Shown: one piece after another, positions 1 to 10,253 of the stretch | How positions within the stretch are numbered: position 1 is the first letter of the stretch | How the letters are laid out: the number at the start of each line of letters is the position of its first letter | IMG/VR virus record: IMGVR_UViG_3300009868_000005 | Location: 4,724-68,723 of that record | Reading direction: 5' to 3' (one strand) | Length of the DNA stretch: 64,000 nucleotides | From: a virus | Taxonomy: Duplodnaviria; Caudoviricetes | Made by a program: the position numbers and the translations under genes | The notes under the pieces: model-generated | Told to the model about the DNA's origin: nothing | Database searches by the model: none | Seen by the model: the letters and a program-made list of their open reading frames with translations, nothing else

Positions 1-1
1 C

Positions 2-637
2 ATAAACGCGCAATCGGACGCTGACGGGAACCTTCTCGTCAACGTTGCCGTCGGGGGTGGGGGCGGTAACGTGCAAGGCGTCGTCGATGATGACGATCCG
101 GTGGGCGGCACTTTGCCGGTCATCATTGGGGGCGTCTACATCGACGATTACGAAGCGGATACGCTCGATGATGGGGATGCGGGCTACGCGCTTCTCAACG
201 CGCTTCGCATGCTCATCGTGCAGAGTCGGAGCTACGACCCGGTCACCGACGCGGACAAGGTTGTTCCGGTCGTGCAGAGCTTCGACAACAACGAGCCCTT
301 CGACTTCTCGCAAGCCGTTGCGACCGACGCTCTCGTCTCTCACTACTTCAGTGCCGACACGTTCCCCTACTGGTCGCTGATTCTCTCAACGGCAACGGCT
401 GGCGCAACGATCAGCGTGAAGATCTACGCAAGCAACGAGACGACGCAGCCAAACTTGTCGCTGCGAAATCACGTAGAGATCACGTCGGACCTCTACGGTG
501 GCGTGATCAACCTCACCTCCGCTGCCGACCTCGCTTTGGCCGTTGACACACCGCTGCTGTACGACAGCTACTGCATTAGCTTCGACAGCGACATTGCTGC
601 TACCTGGACTGCTCAGGGTAAGAAGGGTGCGATCTGA
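2..637 (+). CDS. 5'-truncated hypothetical protein, probably virion structural
   Basis: Frame is open from the window edge (INAQSDADGNLLVNVAVGGGG...). Its stop overlaps the ATG of the next gene (TGATG). No family motif recognised. Confidence 0.6.
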   Translation: MNAQSDADGNLLVNVAVGGGGGNVQGVVDDDDPVGGTLPVIIGGVYIDDYEADTLDDGDAGYALLNALRMLIVQSRSYDPVTDADKVVPVVQSFDNNEPFDFSQAVATDALVSHYFSADTFPYWSLILSTATAGATISVKIYASNETTQPNLSLRNHVEITSDLYGGVINLTSAADLALAVDTPLLYDSYCISFDSDIAATWTAQGKKGAI

Positions 638-3600
638 TGCGTTCGTCCATGCTCCGCTGCTGTTCAGGCTTCGTTGAGGCAGTCAACACGGTCGTTGACA
701 CGTCGGCGTTCGTCTCCATCCTCGGCCCCTCCGACACCGACGTGCAGCGAGCGCTCGAGACGATCGATGGCGTCGAGACCGGCGTGCCCATCGAGGCTGC
801 GTATCCCAGAGGCGTTGTGGACCGAGACGACTCGATCCTGACCTGGGACAACGCGACTAAGACGCTGACCATGGCGATCGAAGCGCCAGCTACCAGCTTT
901 GAAATCTTCGAGGTCGGCGGCGGGACGGTGCAGAAGCACACCTTCGTCACCGATCAATCCTCGACCATTGCCGTGCCCGCGCCTGGGCTCTGGTGGTTCT
1001 GGTACAACGGTGGCGTGCTCTCAAACGGGGCCTCGCCTCCCTACGGGTTCAAGACCACGCTCGTCGCACTCGTCTACCTCGACGCTAGCCTTGACGCCAT
1101 TGCGGTCCTCGACGAGCGACACGGCATCAATATGCCCTGGGCCACGCATGAGTATTTGCACTACGGTATCGGCACGAGGTTCGAGACCGGGCTTGCGATG
1201 GCGCGGGTGGCAAGTGGTGGCGGGGGCGCGGACGGAGACGCCCAGATCACGATCAGTGGCGGAACGATTTGGGACGAGGATATCGACGTATCCATCGTCC
1301 GCAGCGCGGCTCCGGCCAGTATGTTCGAGCAGGAGCTTGGCTCAGGGGTCACTCCGGGACAGTTTCCGATCTACTACAGGCTCGGGGCGGCTGGAGAGTG
1401 GGCCAAGATTGCAGCTACCACATTCCCGGTGCACAACGTCGTTGCCGGGGACCGACCAGCTTTCAACAACTACTCCGGCGGGCTGTGGGGCCTGACCGAA
1501 ATCAGCGCAAACGGTAACTACGCTGTCATGTGGATCTGCGCGACGAACAACGTGGGCCAAGCCGACCCGGCTGGGGCTGGCTATCTCGTCGAGCCTGTCT
1601 TTGCCATCATGGGTCAGGCCGACTATGCCAGCGCAACGGATGCGCAAGATGCAAGCTTCTCGGACCTCAACCTGGGCACGTTCTTCGCCAACGAGTTGAA
1701 ACCCATTTGGAAGCTCATCTATCGATGCCGTGACGGCTATGCGAACAGTGTAAACGCCTACATCTACGAGTACGCCGACCTTCGCAACACGGCTCCGATC
1801 CCCGGTACCGGCTTCGTCGCGACGGACCACAACAGCCTCGCGGGACGAAGCGAGCCGGACTCCCATCCGGCAACGGCCATCTCGGCTGACACCTCGGCAT
1901 TTGCCGGGAACCTGAGCAGCCTCGACGATACGCTCCAGAAGTGCATGGACACGCTCGACAACCTCCTGATCGGGGAGACGGCAACGCTTTACGTCTCCAC
2001 GGCGGGAAGCGACGCGACGGGTACGAGAGGGCTTCTGACTAAGCCCTACGCCACAGTTGTCGGTGCCCTCACCGACGCGAGCAGCGGGGACGTGGTAAAG
2101 CTGGGTCCCGGCACGTTCACTGAGGCTGGACTCGTCATCCCAGACACGCTCACCGACATCTCGATCGTGGGCTCTGGCAGGGGCGTGACGACGCTCACGT
2201 TCAGTGGTGGATACCTCGGCAGGGTCAGCGCAACGGCGATCACGCGCTTCCGGCTCGCTGAGTTGACCTACAGCAGAGGCGCTGGCACGGGCATCAACTT
2301 CGACGGGTCGGCTTCGGCTAATGGCTACTTCAACTCGACCACGGACGGTCTCACGATCGAGAACGTGGACGATGCGAGCAGCGGCGTCGCTGCGGTGGGT
2401 TGGGCGATCGAACGGGCCGGATACGTCCGCTTCCAGAACGTTAGCATGCTTGGCAGTGGTGGGTCGCTTACCTTCACCGATTGCGGCGAGGTGCGGCTCC
2501 GAAACGTGCTCAAGCGAGGCGTGCTCGGGGCCTGGGACCTAATCGAAGCCGTCGCCACCGGGACGCTCCCGACCGGCTTCACCCGGATGTTGTTTGCCTT
2601 CTACTCGGCCAAGATCACCGAGACGACGATCAACGCAAGCAGCCCCGCGCTTGATTTCACGACAGATGCGTCGTGCGAGATCACTGGGTCCGTTATGAAC
2701 TTCAGGCCAGACGCTGTGGCGGCTGAAGAACTGAACGTGTACTTATCGGGCCGGATGGATGATAGTCAAATCAACATCGGAGAGGACACGGCAACGTCAA
2801 CCACTCCGATCCATGCCGAACTTGCCGGGATCACGATGAGTCCAAGTCTGTCCATAACGGGCAGCGATAACGTAGACATCAATGCGAATATCAAAAACTC
2901 TGACGTAGACTCTATCACGGCGACGGAGTCTTACGCAGATGGTACGATCAGTATCAATGCGGATGGCACACGCACAGACTCTGTCGTGCTGAACGCAACT
3001 CTCGGGACCATCGACTCAGAATTCATCAATTCACAGGTTCCCGAGATGCCCACGGTCAGTGGTAATACGAATCTTATCATTCGTGGGACGACAACGGGTA
3101 CGAAGGTGAACAAGGGATGGACCCCTGCTCCAATGGCTTGGAGTTACAATGCCGTAAGTGGAAATATCGATACGGAGACAGATCCCAGGCTATACTTCGA
3201 CAAGGGCGTACCGATCCGTTTTTTCATGCCTGGCGGTGAGTTCATTTATTCGGATGGGCATCCAGAAATAACATCTGTTGACCTTACCGGGTTGCAAGAC
3301 GTTATTGTGGAATCCAGTGGTAGAATGTACCTCAAAGAGGTCGTTCTCGGCGCTGGCAATTATCGTGTCGACGTCTATACGAACGTAGATCCGTCTGGCG
3401 TACTGGAAAACCTAGTTGGTCAAACTTCCATCTACACCATGGCGGGAACATACGCGGTGACTCCGGTTGGTTCTTCTCCGATAGGTGGGACCGTTACTGT
3501 CGGAGCGCTTGTGCTGGTGGATACAAGCTCTGTGTGGGAGTTCTTTAGGTGGGGAGTCGTGACGGAACTATCATCCACGGAAATAGAGTGGGTGGGATGC

Positions 3601-4032
3601 GACATTGACGCAACCGCTAGCTTCCTCTGGTATGCAGACGTTGCGAAGAAGGTAACTATAGTCGCATTCGTTGGAGGAAACATCGGTACAGATGCTAGCA
3701 TAATCTCAAACACAAATTTCCAGCGGATAGTAATTGGCGCTGGGCCATCGAGGGCTATTCAGGGAGTCTTTGTACCATATACGGTAAACGGCGGCGGCGT
3801 GAACGCTAATTGGATCACACTCACTAGGGCTAGCGGTTTTGAGGTAACGGGAGACATGATAACCGCTATTCCGGTTACAATAGCCGGCCTGAACGTAGGA
3901 GACAAGGGTTCCATAACTGCAGGTGGTGCAAATAGGATAGGAATCAACGATAGCGTCGATATCAAAACGGAGTCGATTGCTGGCGGGAGTGTTGGTAACC
4001 TGTCCGCTTCTCTTCTTTGTGTAATGGAGTAA
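637..4032 (+). CDS. Large tail-spike/fibre-like protein with a parallel beta-helix region
   Basis: 1131 aa. DHNSLAGRSEPDSHPATAIS fibre-type motif, then LYVSTAGSDATG...KPYATVVGAL...SGDVVKLGPGTF, the typical cap of pectin-lyase-like beta-helices. Rich in G/S/T/N/D. Confidence 0.65.
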   Translation: MRSSMLRCCSGFVEAVNTVVDTSAFVSILGPSDTDVQRALETIDGVETGVPIEAAYPRGVVDRDDSILTWDNATKTLTMAIEAPATSFEIFEVGGGTVQKHTFVTDQSSTIAVPAPGLWWFWYNGGVLSNGASPPYGFKTTLVALVYLDASLDAIAVLDERHGINMPWATHEYLHYGIGTRFETGLAMARVASGGGGADGDAQITISGGTIWDEDIDVSIVRSAAPASMFEQELGSGVTPGQFPIYYRLGAAGEWAKIAATTFPVHNVVAGDRPAFNNYSGGLWGLTEISANGNYAVMWICATNNVGQADPAGAGYLVEPVFAIMGQADYASATDAQDASFSDLNLGTFFANELKPIWKLIYRCRDGYANSVNAYIYEYADLRNTAPIPGTGFVATDHNSLAGRSEPDSHPATAISADTSAFAGNLSSLDDTLQKCMDTLDNLLIGETATLYVSTAGSDATGTRGLLTKPYATVVGALTDASSGDVVKLGPGTFTEAGLVIPDTLTDISIVGSGRGVTTLTFSGGYLGRVSATAITRFRLAELTYSRGAGTGINFDGSASANGYFNSTTDGLTIENVDDASSGVAAVGWAIERAGYVRFQNVSMLGSGGSLTFTDCGEVRLRNVLKRGVLGAWDLIEAVATGTLPTGFTRMLFAFYSAKITETTINASSPALDFTTDASCEITGSVMNFRPDAVAAEELNVYLSGRMDDSQINIGEDTATSTTPIHAELAGITMSPSLSITGSDNVDINANIKNSDVDSITATESYADGTISINADGTRTDSVVLNATLGTIDSEFINSQVPEMPTVSGNTNLIIRGTTTGTKVNKGWTPAPMAWSYNAVSGNIDTETDPRLYFDKGVPIRFFMPGGEFIYSDGHPEITSVDLTGLQDVIVESSGRMYLKEVVLGAGNYRVDVYTNVDPSGVLENLVGQTSIYTMAGTYAVTPVGSSPIGGTVTVGALVLVDTSSVWEFFRWGVVTELSSTEIEWVGCDIDATASFLWYADVAKKVTIVAFVGGNIGTDASIISNTNFQRIVIGAGPSRAIQGVFVPYTVNGGGVNANWITLTRASGFEVTGDMITAIPVTIAGLNVGDKGSITAGGANRIGINDSVDIKTESIAGGSVGNLSASLLCVME

Positions 4033-4034
4033 AA

Positions 4035-5285
4035 ATGGCTTGCATCATCAATGCCTGCGTAGTTAATGGGGCAACCCCGATTGTAAATGCGTTGACTATT
4101 GTCACGCCGCAGGCAAGCGAGCCATTTTTCAATAGCGCCACGGTTACGGTGTCTGGGACGCTTACGAATGCAGCCGACTGTACCGGAGTGAACGTAAACT
4201 ACGCTGGCAATAACTATGCCGCGTCTATCAACGTCGGCGCTGGGACGTGGACCAGAAACGTTACCGCCTATCCCAACAGAACCTACGAAACATTCCAGGT
4301 AACGGGAACGTGGAGTTCTGGCTCTCCATCGCCTGTAGTAGCCAGCAAGACGATCTATATTGTAGTAGCCAGTGTGAGCATTGACTATCCGACCAGTCCC
4401 ACATCTTTGGAAGTGGGCACGTCCATGTACATAGCGGGTACGGCAAACGAACGCCTATACGTGCTAGGAGTGCCAACTCTTCAGTATCCGTACTCCGGTG
4501 GGCCTTACTACAGTGTCACGTATGACTCTGGAACGGGTTCATTCCATAACAATCTATTAGTCCAACCGCAGGCATTGTACGGAGCTAACTCGATAAGTGC
4601 TGGTGTCACGTATCGGATAACCAAGTACTCTGGAACGTTTGATAAGACAGTGGGTGGGCTCTGTACAATCAATGGCTACTACAACACCGGAGTGGAATTC
4701 GTTATCCCGTCCGCGTCTCAGGTCTATTCAGAGGAAGACGAGCTTGCGATTTCGGGCACCGTTGTCAACGCCTCCTACATAACTTCGGTAGTTGGAACCT
4801 ACGCTGGGTCGAATATTGCAACGTTCGTAAATGTCGGCGCGGGTACCTTCACGCAACTCATTGAGGGTATCAAGGCCAGAGCCGACTACACCAGCGTGCT
4901 GGTCACGGCGCACTACGACTTCGGAGGCACACTGGTAGACGATACGGACACGCAGAATATCGTCGTCAATCGGTGGGTGACTCTGACTGCTCCCACGGAA
5001 GGATTCAACGAATATCTTATGCTTGGCTCCGGAACACTCTTTTGTTCCGCTAGACCTTGCATGTACACCACGACAGGTGTCGACTTCCAGATCAACGTGA
5101 ATGGTGCTGGATGGCAGTACCTAGCCACTGGTGTCCAGGGAAGTGGGGATGGGATGTTGATTTGGGCGGTGACGGCAAATATAGACACCTCCCATCTCGG
5201 ATCTGTGCAGGTGAGAGCCGTTGCCTATGGCACCACAACCGTTTACAGTAGCCCAGTCAACGGCACGATACAGGAGCCAGCGTAG
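4035..5285 (+). CDS. Ig-like repeat virion protein
   Basis: Repeated all-beta units (IVTPQASEPF..ATVTVSGT; SIDYPTSPTSLEVGTSMYIAGTA; VIPSASQVY..LAISGTV; TLTAPTEG). AT-rich. Confidence 0.55.
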   Translation: MACIINACVVNGATPIVNALTIVTPQASEPFFNSATVTVSGTLTNAADCTGVNVNYAGNNYAASINVGAGTWTRNVTAYPNRTYETFQVTGTWSSGSPSPVVASKTIYIVVASVSIDYPTSPTSLEVGTSMYIAGTANERLYVLGVPTLQYPYSGGPYYSVTYDSGTGSFHNNLLVQPQALYGANSISAGVTYRITKYSGTFDKTVGGLCTINGYYNTGVEFVIPSASQVYSEEDELAISGTVVNASYITSVVGTYAGSNIATFVNVGAGTFTQLIEGIKARADYTSVLVTAHYDFGGTLVDDTDTQNIVVNRWVTLTAPTEGFNEYLMLGSGTLFCSARPCMYTTTGVDFQINVNGAGWQYLATGVQGSGDGMLIWAVTANIDTSHLGSVQVRAVAYGTTTVYSSPVNGTIQEPA

Positions 5286-5330
5286 GGAGCTTGGGTAAAG
5301 GCATATTATGGTCTATGATGGAGAGAAGAG

Positions 5331-6815
5331 ATGAGACCCAAGGCAAATAGCTGCATCCTTCGCTGGGACCCGGCGGCGATACCCGACACGCTCTATCCCG
5401 AGGCGTACAGCGTGGGGGCGCAGAGTGCGTTCACCATCGCAGCCAAGGCAACGGTGGTAGGTGGGACCAAGCAGGCGCTGTTGAGCCTCGGCACAGCGGC
5501 AGGGATTCGGCTCGAGGTGGGTCTGACCGCTCTGTCCGAGCCCTATGTCGAGGGCGATGCCCTCGTCCTTCTCGGCGACCCCGTTGCCGATGGCGAGCAT
5601 GACATCGCTTGGGTCTTCGAAAGCGACGGCAACGTGACGTGCATCGTCGATGCTGTAGCAGTCGGCAGGCTTTCAGTTGCAGCCACGGCTGGGTTTGACC
5701 GTGTTGTGATAGGTGGTAGGAGCAGCGGTGGGAATGCTTGGGCAGGCAGCGTTGAGGAGCTGTACGTCTACAGCCTCGACGACATATTTTCGGTTCCTGG
5801 TCTGCTCGGTAGCGATGCGGTCGTCTCATCCCTAATCCCCACGGTGACGCTAACGAGTCCCCTTGCTGGCTCGAATTTCATTCGACAAACCTCGTTGACG
5901 ATCATCGCGAGTGGCGCATGCACAGACGCAGATTTGGTTGAGCTATTCGCCAGCGAAGATGGCGGCGCATACACGTCGTGGGGTACCGATGCGACGGTGA
6001 GCGGAGGTGCCTGGGAGATTACAAAGAACATCGAGGTTGGCGACGATGTGACTGTGGATCTGTACGCCGTTGCTACCGGGCCTGGGGGTACGAGCGACCC
6101 AAGTGCGTCTGTCACTGTCACGGTGCGGAATTGGGTTCCCTCGGACTTCGGAGCAGACATCGTTGTTGGATACGTTGCGACCGACGTGACGCTAAACGGC
6201 AGCTACGTTACGACGTTCAACGATCAGGGCCCGAACAACAAGGACCTGACACAAGGGACCGAAGCGGCACAGGGCACGTACCAGGCAACGTGCGCTGTGC
6301 TGAACAACAAGCCAGCGGTCGCGATCAACGACGACTGGTACAGCAACGCAGACGTGGAGCAGGCGGACGGCAATCGTACGGTCTTCTTCGTGCTGGCGCA
6401 GGATGCGAAGGACATCAGCACAACCTACTTTTTCGCGTCTAAGACAGGGGTGTTTTATTACTACATCGACTCGACGAACGGCAATGGGCAACAAGCCTAT
6501 TATGATGGTGCCGCCAAGTATTGCGGCAACGACACTGGAGTTGCCGGGGCAGTGAGTCACGCTGCTTTGTTCGATGCTACCGGCGGCACGATGGAGTTGC
6601 ACAACCGCACTGGTAAGATCAACACCACAGACCCGCAGACGTACACGCCGACGAACCTCGACGCAGCGTTTGGGCTATTTGCTCGCCATGACGGCGGCGC
6701 ACCGAGCTTCAACGGAGACTTTGCCGCGCTTTACATCATCGACCATGTGGCGTCTGCAAGCGAACTTGCGCTGTGGTTTGGGTGGTCGGCCCGTATCTAT
6801 GGGGAGTTGGGATGA
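5331..6815 (+). CDS. LamG-like + Ig-like + LamG-like virion protein
   Basis: N-terminal ~170 aa is paralogous to the N-terminus of 11645..14548. Ig-like TVTLTSP...LYAVATGPGG unit. C-terminal concanavalin-like region ending FNGDFAALYIIDHV. Confidence 0.6.
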   Translation: MRPKANSCILRWDPAAIPDTLYPEAYSVGAQSAFTIAAKATVVGGTKQALLSLGTAAGIRLEVGLTALSEPYVEGDALVLLGDPVADGEHDIAWVFESDGNVTCIVDAVAVGRLSVAATAGFDRVVIGGRSSGGNAWAGSVEELYVYSLDDIFSVPGLLGSDAVVSSLIPTVTLTSPLAGSNFIRQTSLTIIASGACTDADLVELFASEDGGAYTSWGTDATVSGGAWEITKNIEVGDDVTVDLYAVATGPGGTSDPSASVTVTVRNWVPSDFGADIVVGYVATDVTLNGSYVTTFNDQGPNNKDLTQGTEAAQGTYQATCAVLNNKPAVAINDDWYSNADVEQADGNRTVFFVLAQDAKDISTTYFFASKTGVFYYYIDSTNGNGQQAYYDGAAKYCGNDTGVAGAVSHAALFDATGGTMELHNRTGKINTTDPQTYTPTNLDAAFGLFARHDGGAPSFNGDFAALYIIDHVASASELALWFGWSARIYGELG

Positions 6816-7252
6816 TCAAGACATCAATCACCATCGACGCGAAGACCGCCGAGGACACGGAACGCGCCGCGCGCAAGGTTCTCGAACTGCCGCGCAAGGG
6901 CGTCCCGTACTTCGGTCTCACTGCGACGGGACCGCGCGCCGCTGCCCTGCTCGAACGCATCGAAGCGGACCGGCAGAAGTTCGGGGACGACGAAGCCGCG
7001 AAGATGCACGCGGGAGTTGTGCCGGTGGCCTACGCGGGATCGGTGCCCGAGGACGCGGAGGAGATCAAGGCGAAGTGCCAGCCCGTGGCCGACCTTGCGG
7101 CTGCGTTCCCCGTCACGGAAGCCCTGGAAACGAAGGCGCGCGCTGACGTGGCGAAGGCTGAGGCGACGCCGGACGCGGACGCGGTTGTGGCCGTGATCGA
7201 TGCGGCAAAACCTGTCGAGCCGATCAAGGACGGGACGGAGGTGCGGTGGTGA
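6812..7252 (+). CDS. Hypothetical protein
   Basis: ATGA overlap with the upstream stop. Ala/Glu-rich helical sequence with high-GC codon usage. Confidence 0.6.
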   Translation: MIKTSITIDAKTAEDTERAARKVLELPRKGVPYFGLTATGPRAAALLERIEADRQKFGDDEAAKMHAGVVPVAYAGSVPEDAEEIKAKCQPVADLAAAFPVTEALETKARADVAKAEATPDADAVVAVIDAAKPVEPIKDGTEVRW

Positions 7253-7412
7253 CGTCGAATCCGAGGCTCTGGCAGTACTCCCAGAACGCGCGGCGCTCGT
7301 CCTCCGTAGCGACAGAGCCGACCTTCCACCACGTGCCATGCTCACCACGGACCCAAGTCCCGGTGCGCGGCCCGTCGCTCAGCAACATGTCCACCTTCTG
7401 TTCGTCGCTCAT
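7224..7412 (-). CDS. Small antisense-oriented hypothetical protein
   Basis: MSDEQKVDMLL... 62 aa, preceded by TTGCAT(7446-7441)-N16-TACTCT(7424-7419)-N6-ATG. Confidence 0.5.
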   Translation of the reverse strand: MSDEQKVDMLLSDGPRTGTWVRGEHGTWWKVGSVATEDERRAFWEYCQSLGFDVTTAPPSRP

Positions 7413-7428
7413 GCGAGGAGAGTAACAC

Positions 7429-7660
7429 ATGCCCGACTACATGCAAACCATCTACACCTGGCTCCTCGAAAACCCGCACATCTGGGTGCCCATCGTCGTC
7501 TACGTGCTGTGGAACGTCATCCCCCGCACGCCCCCGGCTGACAGGCGGTTGTTTGCGTTGTGGGCCTCGCGCGAGGTGCTCCGCGCAGGCGCTTGCTGCA
7601 CTCGACGACCACGCTGGCAAGGTCACAGACCTGCCGGAGGAACGGGAGCCGAAGCCATGA
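7429..7660 (+). pseudogene. Small membrane protein (holin-like) with an apparent +1 frameshift near 7580
   Basis: AGGAGA RBS and hydrophobic IWVPIVVYVLWNVI in one frame. Tail AQALAALDDHAGKVTDLPEEREPKP* in the +1 frame ends in an ATGA overlap with the next gene. Confidence 0.4.
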
Positions 7661-7815
7661 ATTTCGAACTCGCATACCTGCTCCCTCTGCTTCTTTCCTG
7701 CGGCCCATCGTGGCAAGACGTCAAGACGCATCCCGGCGGCATCTACGAAAATGTGAGGACTGGCGAGTGCTGGAACGAGGCTTACGAGCCCGTGATCTGC
7801 CCGAGGGAGAAGTGA
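7657..7815 (+). CDS. Small lipoprotein-like protein (possible outer-membrane spanin)
   Basis: MNFELAYLLPLLLSC: short hydrophobic stretch ending in a lipobox-like LLSC. ATGA coupling. Confidence 0.45.
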   Translation: MNFELAYLLPLLLSCGPSWQDVKTHPGGIYENVRTGECWNEAYEPVICPREK

Positions 7816-8589
7816 ATGTATAGCGCACAACGAGTCTCGGCACGCAACGCCAACATCTACCTGCCCTTCGACCGGCAGTTCGCAGATGGTGGCGTCCAGG
7901 TCACGGGCAATTGCGGCGGTAAGGCCCCCAGGCCCCAGTACTGCACCATGGGCGACGGGGTCACGGCTGGGACGTTCCCGACCCAACTCGACACCCGGAG
8001 GGGCGTAAGCTTCTCCGACCCCTCGACCGAGTACATGACCGTACCCAGCCCGATCGTGGACGATGAGCCGTTCAGTCTCGTAGCTCTCGTTAGCAACCTG
8101 CCGAGGTACGCCGCATCCCTCTTCACGACACTCGACCCTAACACGGCTGTGGGGGTGTACCTGATCGTCACCCAAAGCACGATCGAAATGTTACTTAACG
8201 ATGGAGCTGGGGGCATGTCTGCGCATTTTACGGTGCTACCATCAGATACCATCGGCGATAAGAAACAGACGAGCATAGTCGTGGCATACGACGGCTCTGG
8301 CAATGCCTCTGGGCTGACGCTATTCCTGGATGGTAAACTACTCCCGTGGACATCCGCATCTGGCTCTCTTGCCGGAACCATTGTTAGCGGGCTCGACGTG
8401 CTCATTGCTGCCGATTGGATGACGGTTGCTCCAGATCCCGTGACGGTTAGCCCGTATTTCGACGCCGGCATCATCCATACGGTTGCGATCTTCCCCTTCG
8501 CCCTGACCGAGCACATGGCAGGCATTCTCGATGCGAGGATGCGGGCCGAAATCCACGTTCTTGAGGATGCTAAGTACACTCCGGTGTGA
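7816..8589 (+). CDS. LamG/concanavalin-like domain protein
   Basis: FSLVALVS...IVVAYDGSGNASGLTLFLDG...GIIHTVAIFPFALT matches the Laminin_G_3-type pattern. Confidence 0.6.
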   Translation: MYSAQRVSARNANIYLPFDRQFADGGVQVTGNCGGKAPRPQYCTMGDGVTAGTFPTQLDTRRGVSFSDPSTEYMTVPSPIVDDEPFSLVALVSNLPRYAASLFTTLDPNTAVGVYLIVTQSTIEMLLNDGAGGMSAHFTVLPSDTIGDKKQTSIVVAYDGSGNASGLTLFLDGKLLPWTSASGSLAGTIVSGLDVLIAADWMTVAPDPVTVSPYFDAGIIHTVAIFPFALTEHMAGILDARMRAEIHVLEDAKYTPV

Positions 8590-8601
8590 TAGGTAATAGC
8601 C

Positions 8602-9546
8602 ATGGCGAAAATGGAACAGAGTAAGACGTGGATCTTTTCTCCCAACATCGTTATTCCGAATGCCGGAAGCCAGATCCTTACGTCACAGGCGACGATGTGG
8701 AGGCTCAAAGAGGAGATGGTCAACACGTTTGGGTGGACGGTACACTCTTCTTCTAACTCTGTAACGGTAGCATCGTCCGACTTGTGGGTTGCCCCATCAA
8801 ATATCGTATTTGGCCCTGGGGCTCGCGGTTGGATCGTGCTGAACATGCCGTTCGCTGGGCAATTACTCATTGATTGCTACGCTAACGGTGCGTCTGGCGA
8901 CGAGAGCGCGGTGTACTTTTCACCCGGATCCCTTTTTTCGGGTGGAACCACTTCGGTTTCACCAACATCTGCTGACAAACTCACCCTGGTTTCGACGGTT
9001 GCTCCAAGACTTTTTCTATCCTACGATTCGGCGAATCAAAGAGTTCTCCATCTTATGCAGAGCAGTGACGGTAAGAACTTTCGATTCGTGCAGATGTCGG
9101 GTGGTAAAGTCTACACCTTCCTAAGTCTTGAGGAGCTACAGTCGCCCCACGCCAACCTACAGAATGGAAGCGTATATTCTGCGTATGGATCTCTAAGTAA
9201 CGGCTTCACGTATGCAAACTACCAAAGAGGAGCCAGATATACCGCTAGATTGGCTGGTGTAGAGGTGGTGGCTATGTTGGTCACGGCTGGATGTAGCGGC
9301 TTGGGGCTCGGAGAGGTTTGGAATGTAAATGACATCGATGGTAACCTACCAAATCTTCCCCCGCAAGTCTTTTCCATAACTGCTGGGAACCTTGCAATGC
9401 TTGGGAACATGCAGGACATGTGGATGGGTCCTTCTCTCAGCGTAAACACAGGTGACACTTACCCATCCGCTGCGCTGGCTCGGCAGTTTATGCAGTTCAA
9501 TCACATAATTATACCGTGGGACGGAAGCGTTCCCGTTGTAGCGTGA
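8602..9546 (+). CDS. Hypothetical virion/tail protein
   Basis: 314-aa ORF co-oriented within the structural cluster. Beta-rich and AT-rich. Confidence 0.6.
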   Translation: MAKMEQSKTWIFSPNIVIPNAGSQILTSQATMWRLKEEMVNTFGWTVHSSSNSVTVASSDLWVAPSNIVFGPGARGWIVLNMPFAGQLLIDCYANGASGDESAVYFSPGSLFSGGTTSVSPTSADKLTLVSTVAPRLFLSYDSANQRVLHLMQSSDGKNFRFVQMSGGKVYTFLSLEELQSPHANLQNGSVYSAYGSLSNGFTYANYQRGARYTARLAGVEVVAMLVTAGCSGLGLGEVWNVNDIDGNLPNLPPQVFSITAGNLAMLGNMQDMWMGPSLSVNTGDTYPSAALARQFMQFNHIIIPWDGSVPVVA

Positions 9547-9553
9547 GTTTGAC

Positions 9554-9778
9554 ATGGCAGAAATTTCCAATGGCGAAGTGGTTCTTGCTCTCACACTCAG
9601 CGAGGGGCGTAGGTGGGACCCCAGTGTGGGGAGCGCCACGATGAATTACCTCATGCGAGGCTGGAGATCCGGCACTGCCGACTACGAGACCTGGATCGCC
9701 GTCGGCGCACCGAATAGCAGCAATCCCAGTGGGCAACCCATTACCGACATCACGATTCAAGCGAGTTGGAGTTCATAA
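9554..9778 (+). CDS. Small virion protein consisting mostly of a shared 41-aa C-terminal module
   Basis: YLMRGWRSGTADYETWIAVGAPNSSNPSGQPITDITIQASW is nearly identical to the C-terminus of 10254..11648. Confidence 0.65.
   Translation: MAEISNGEVVLALTLSEGRRWDPSVGSATMNYLMRGWRSGTADYETWIAVGAPNSSNPSGQPITDITIQASWSS
9647..9769 (+). repeat. Direct repeat copy 1 (partner 11520..11642)
   Basis: 49-bp perfect core 9669..9717 = 11542..11590. Flanking differences are mostly at third codon positions. Confidence 0.95.
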
Positions 9779-10243
9779 ATGCGAAGCTCAATGGTCATTC
9801 AGGGTGTGAAACCGACTCGCGTGCCGGTCTGCGGAACGACGCAAACCACCCTTCTCGACACGTTCCAAACCATCGGCGCTGTCTACATCGACCTGACAAC
9901 CGTCCCCATTCTCAGCGTGAGGTTCCAGGTCATTCTGAGCACGACCAGCGCTGCCGTTGGGCGGGAAGCCGTCATCGATCTGTACGATACCAACGGGATT
10001 CTCAACGGTGGCGTGCCTGCCGTCGTTGCGGGCTCGCAGATCGACACGACGACTGGCTCGCCGCCTCCCGGAGGACCGGCCCCCGATCCGCTCTTCCCCT
10101 CGGCCTACGAGATCGACGTTGCCGCAGCCTTCGCAGGCTACACGGGCAAAGGCGTCTTTGAGTGCAGATTCCGAATCAACGTGGCAGACGCGGTGAACGT
10201 TGCGTCGTGTCAGTCCGCAGACCTTCTTTTCGAAACGAGCTAG
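9779..10243 (+). CDS. Hypothetical virion protein
   Basis: Abuts the upstream stop (TAA-ATG). Beta-rich 154 aa. Confidence 0.6.
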   Translation: MRSSMVIQGVKPTRVPVCGTTQTTLLDTFQTIGAVYIDLTTVPILSVRFQVILSTTSAAVGREAVIDLYDTNGILNGGVPAVVAGSQIDTTTGSPPPGGPAPDPLFPSAYEIDVAAAFAGYTGKGVFECRFRINVADAVNVASCQSADLLFETS

Positions 10244-10253
10244 GGTATAGAAG

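Noticed and set aside
637-9793. Two structural genes both begin MRSSM
   Set aside because: Five residues with different codons. Could be chance or mis-chosen starts; no further similarity.
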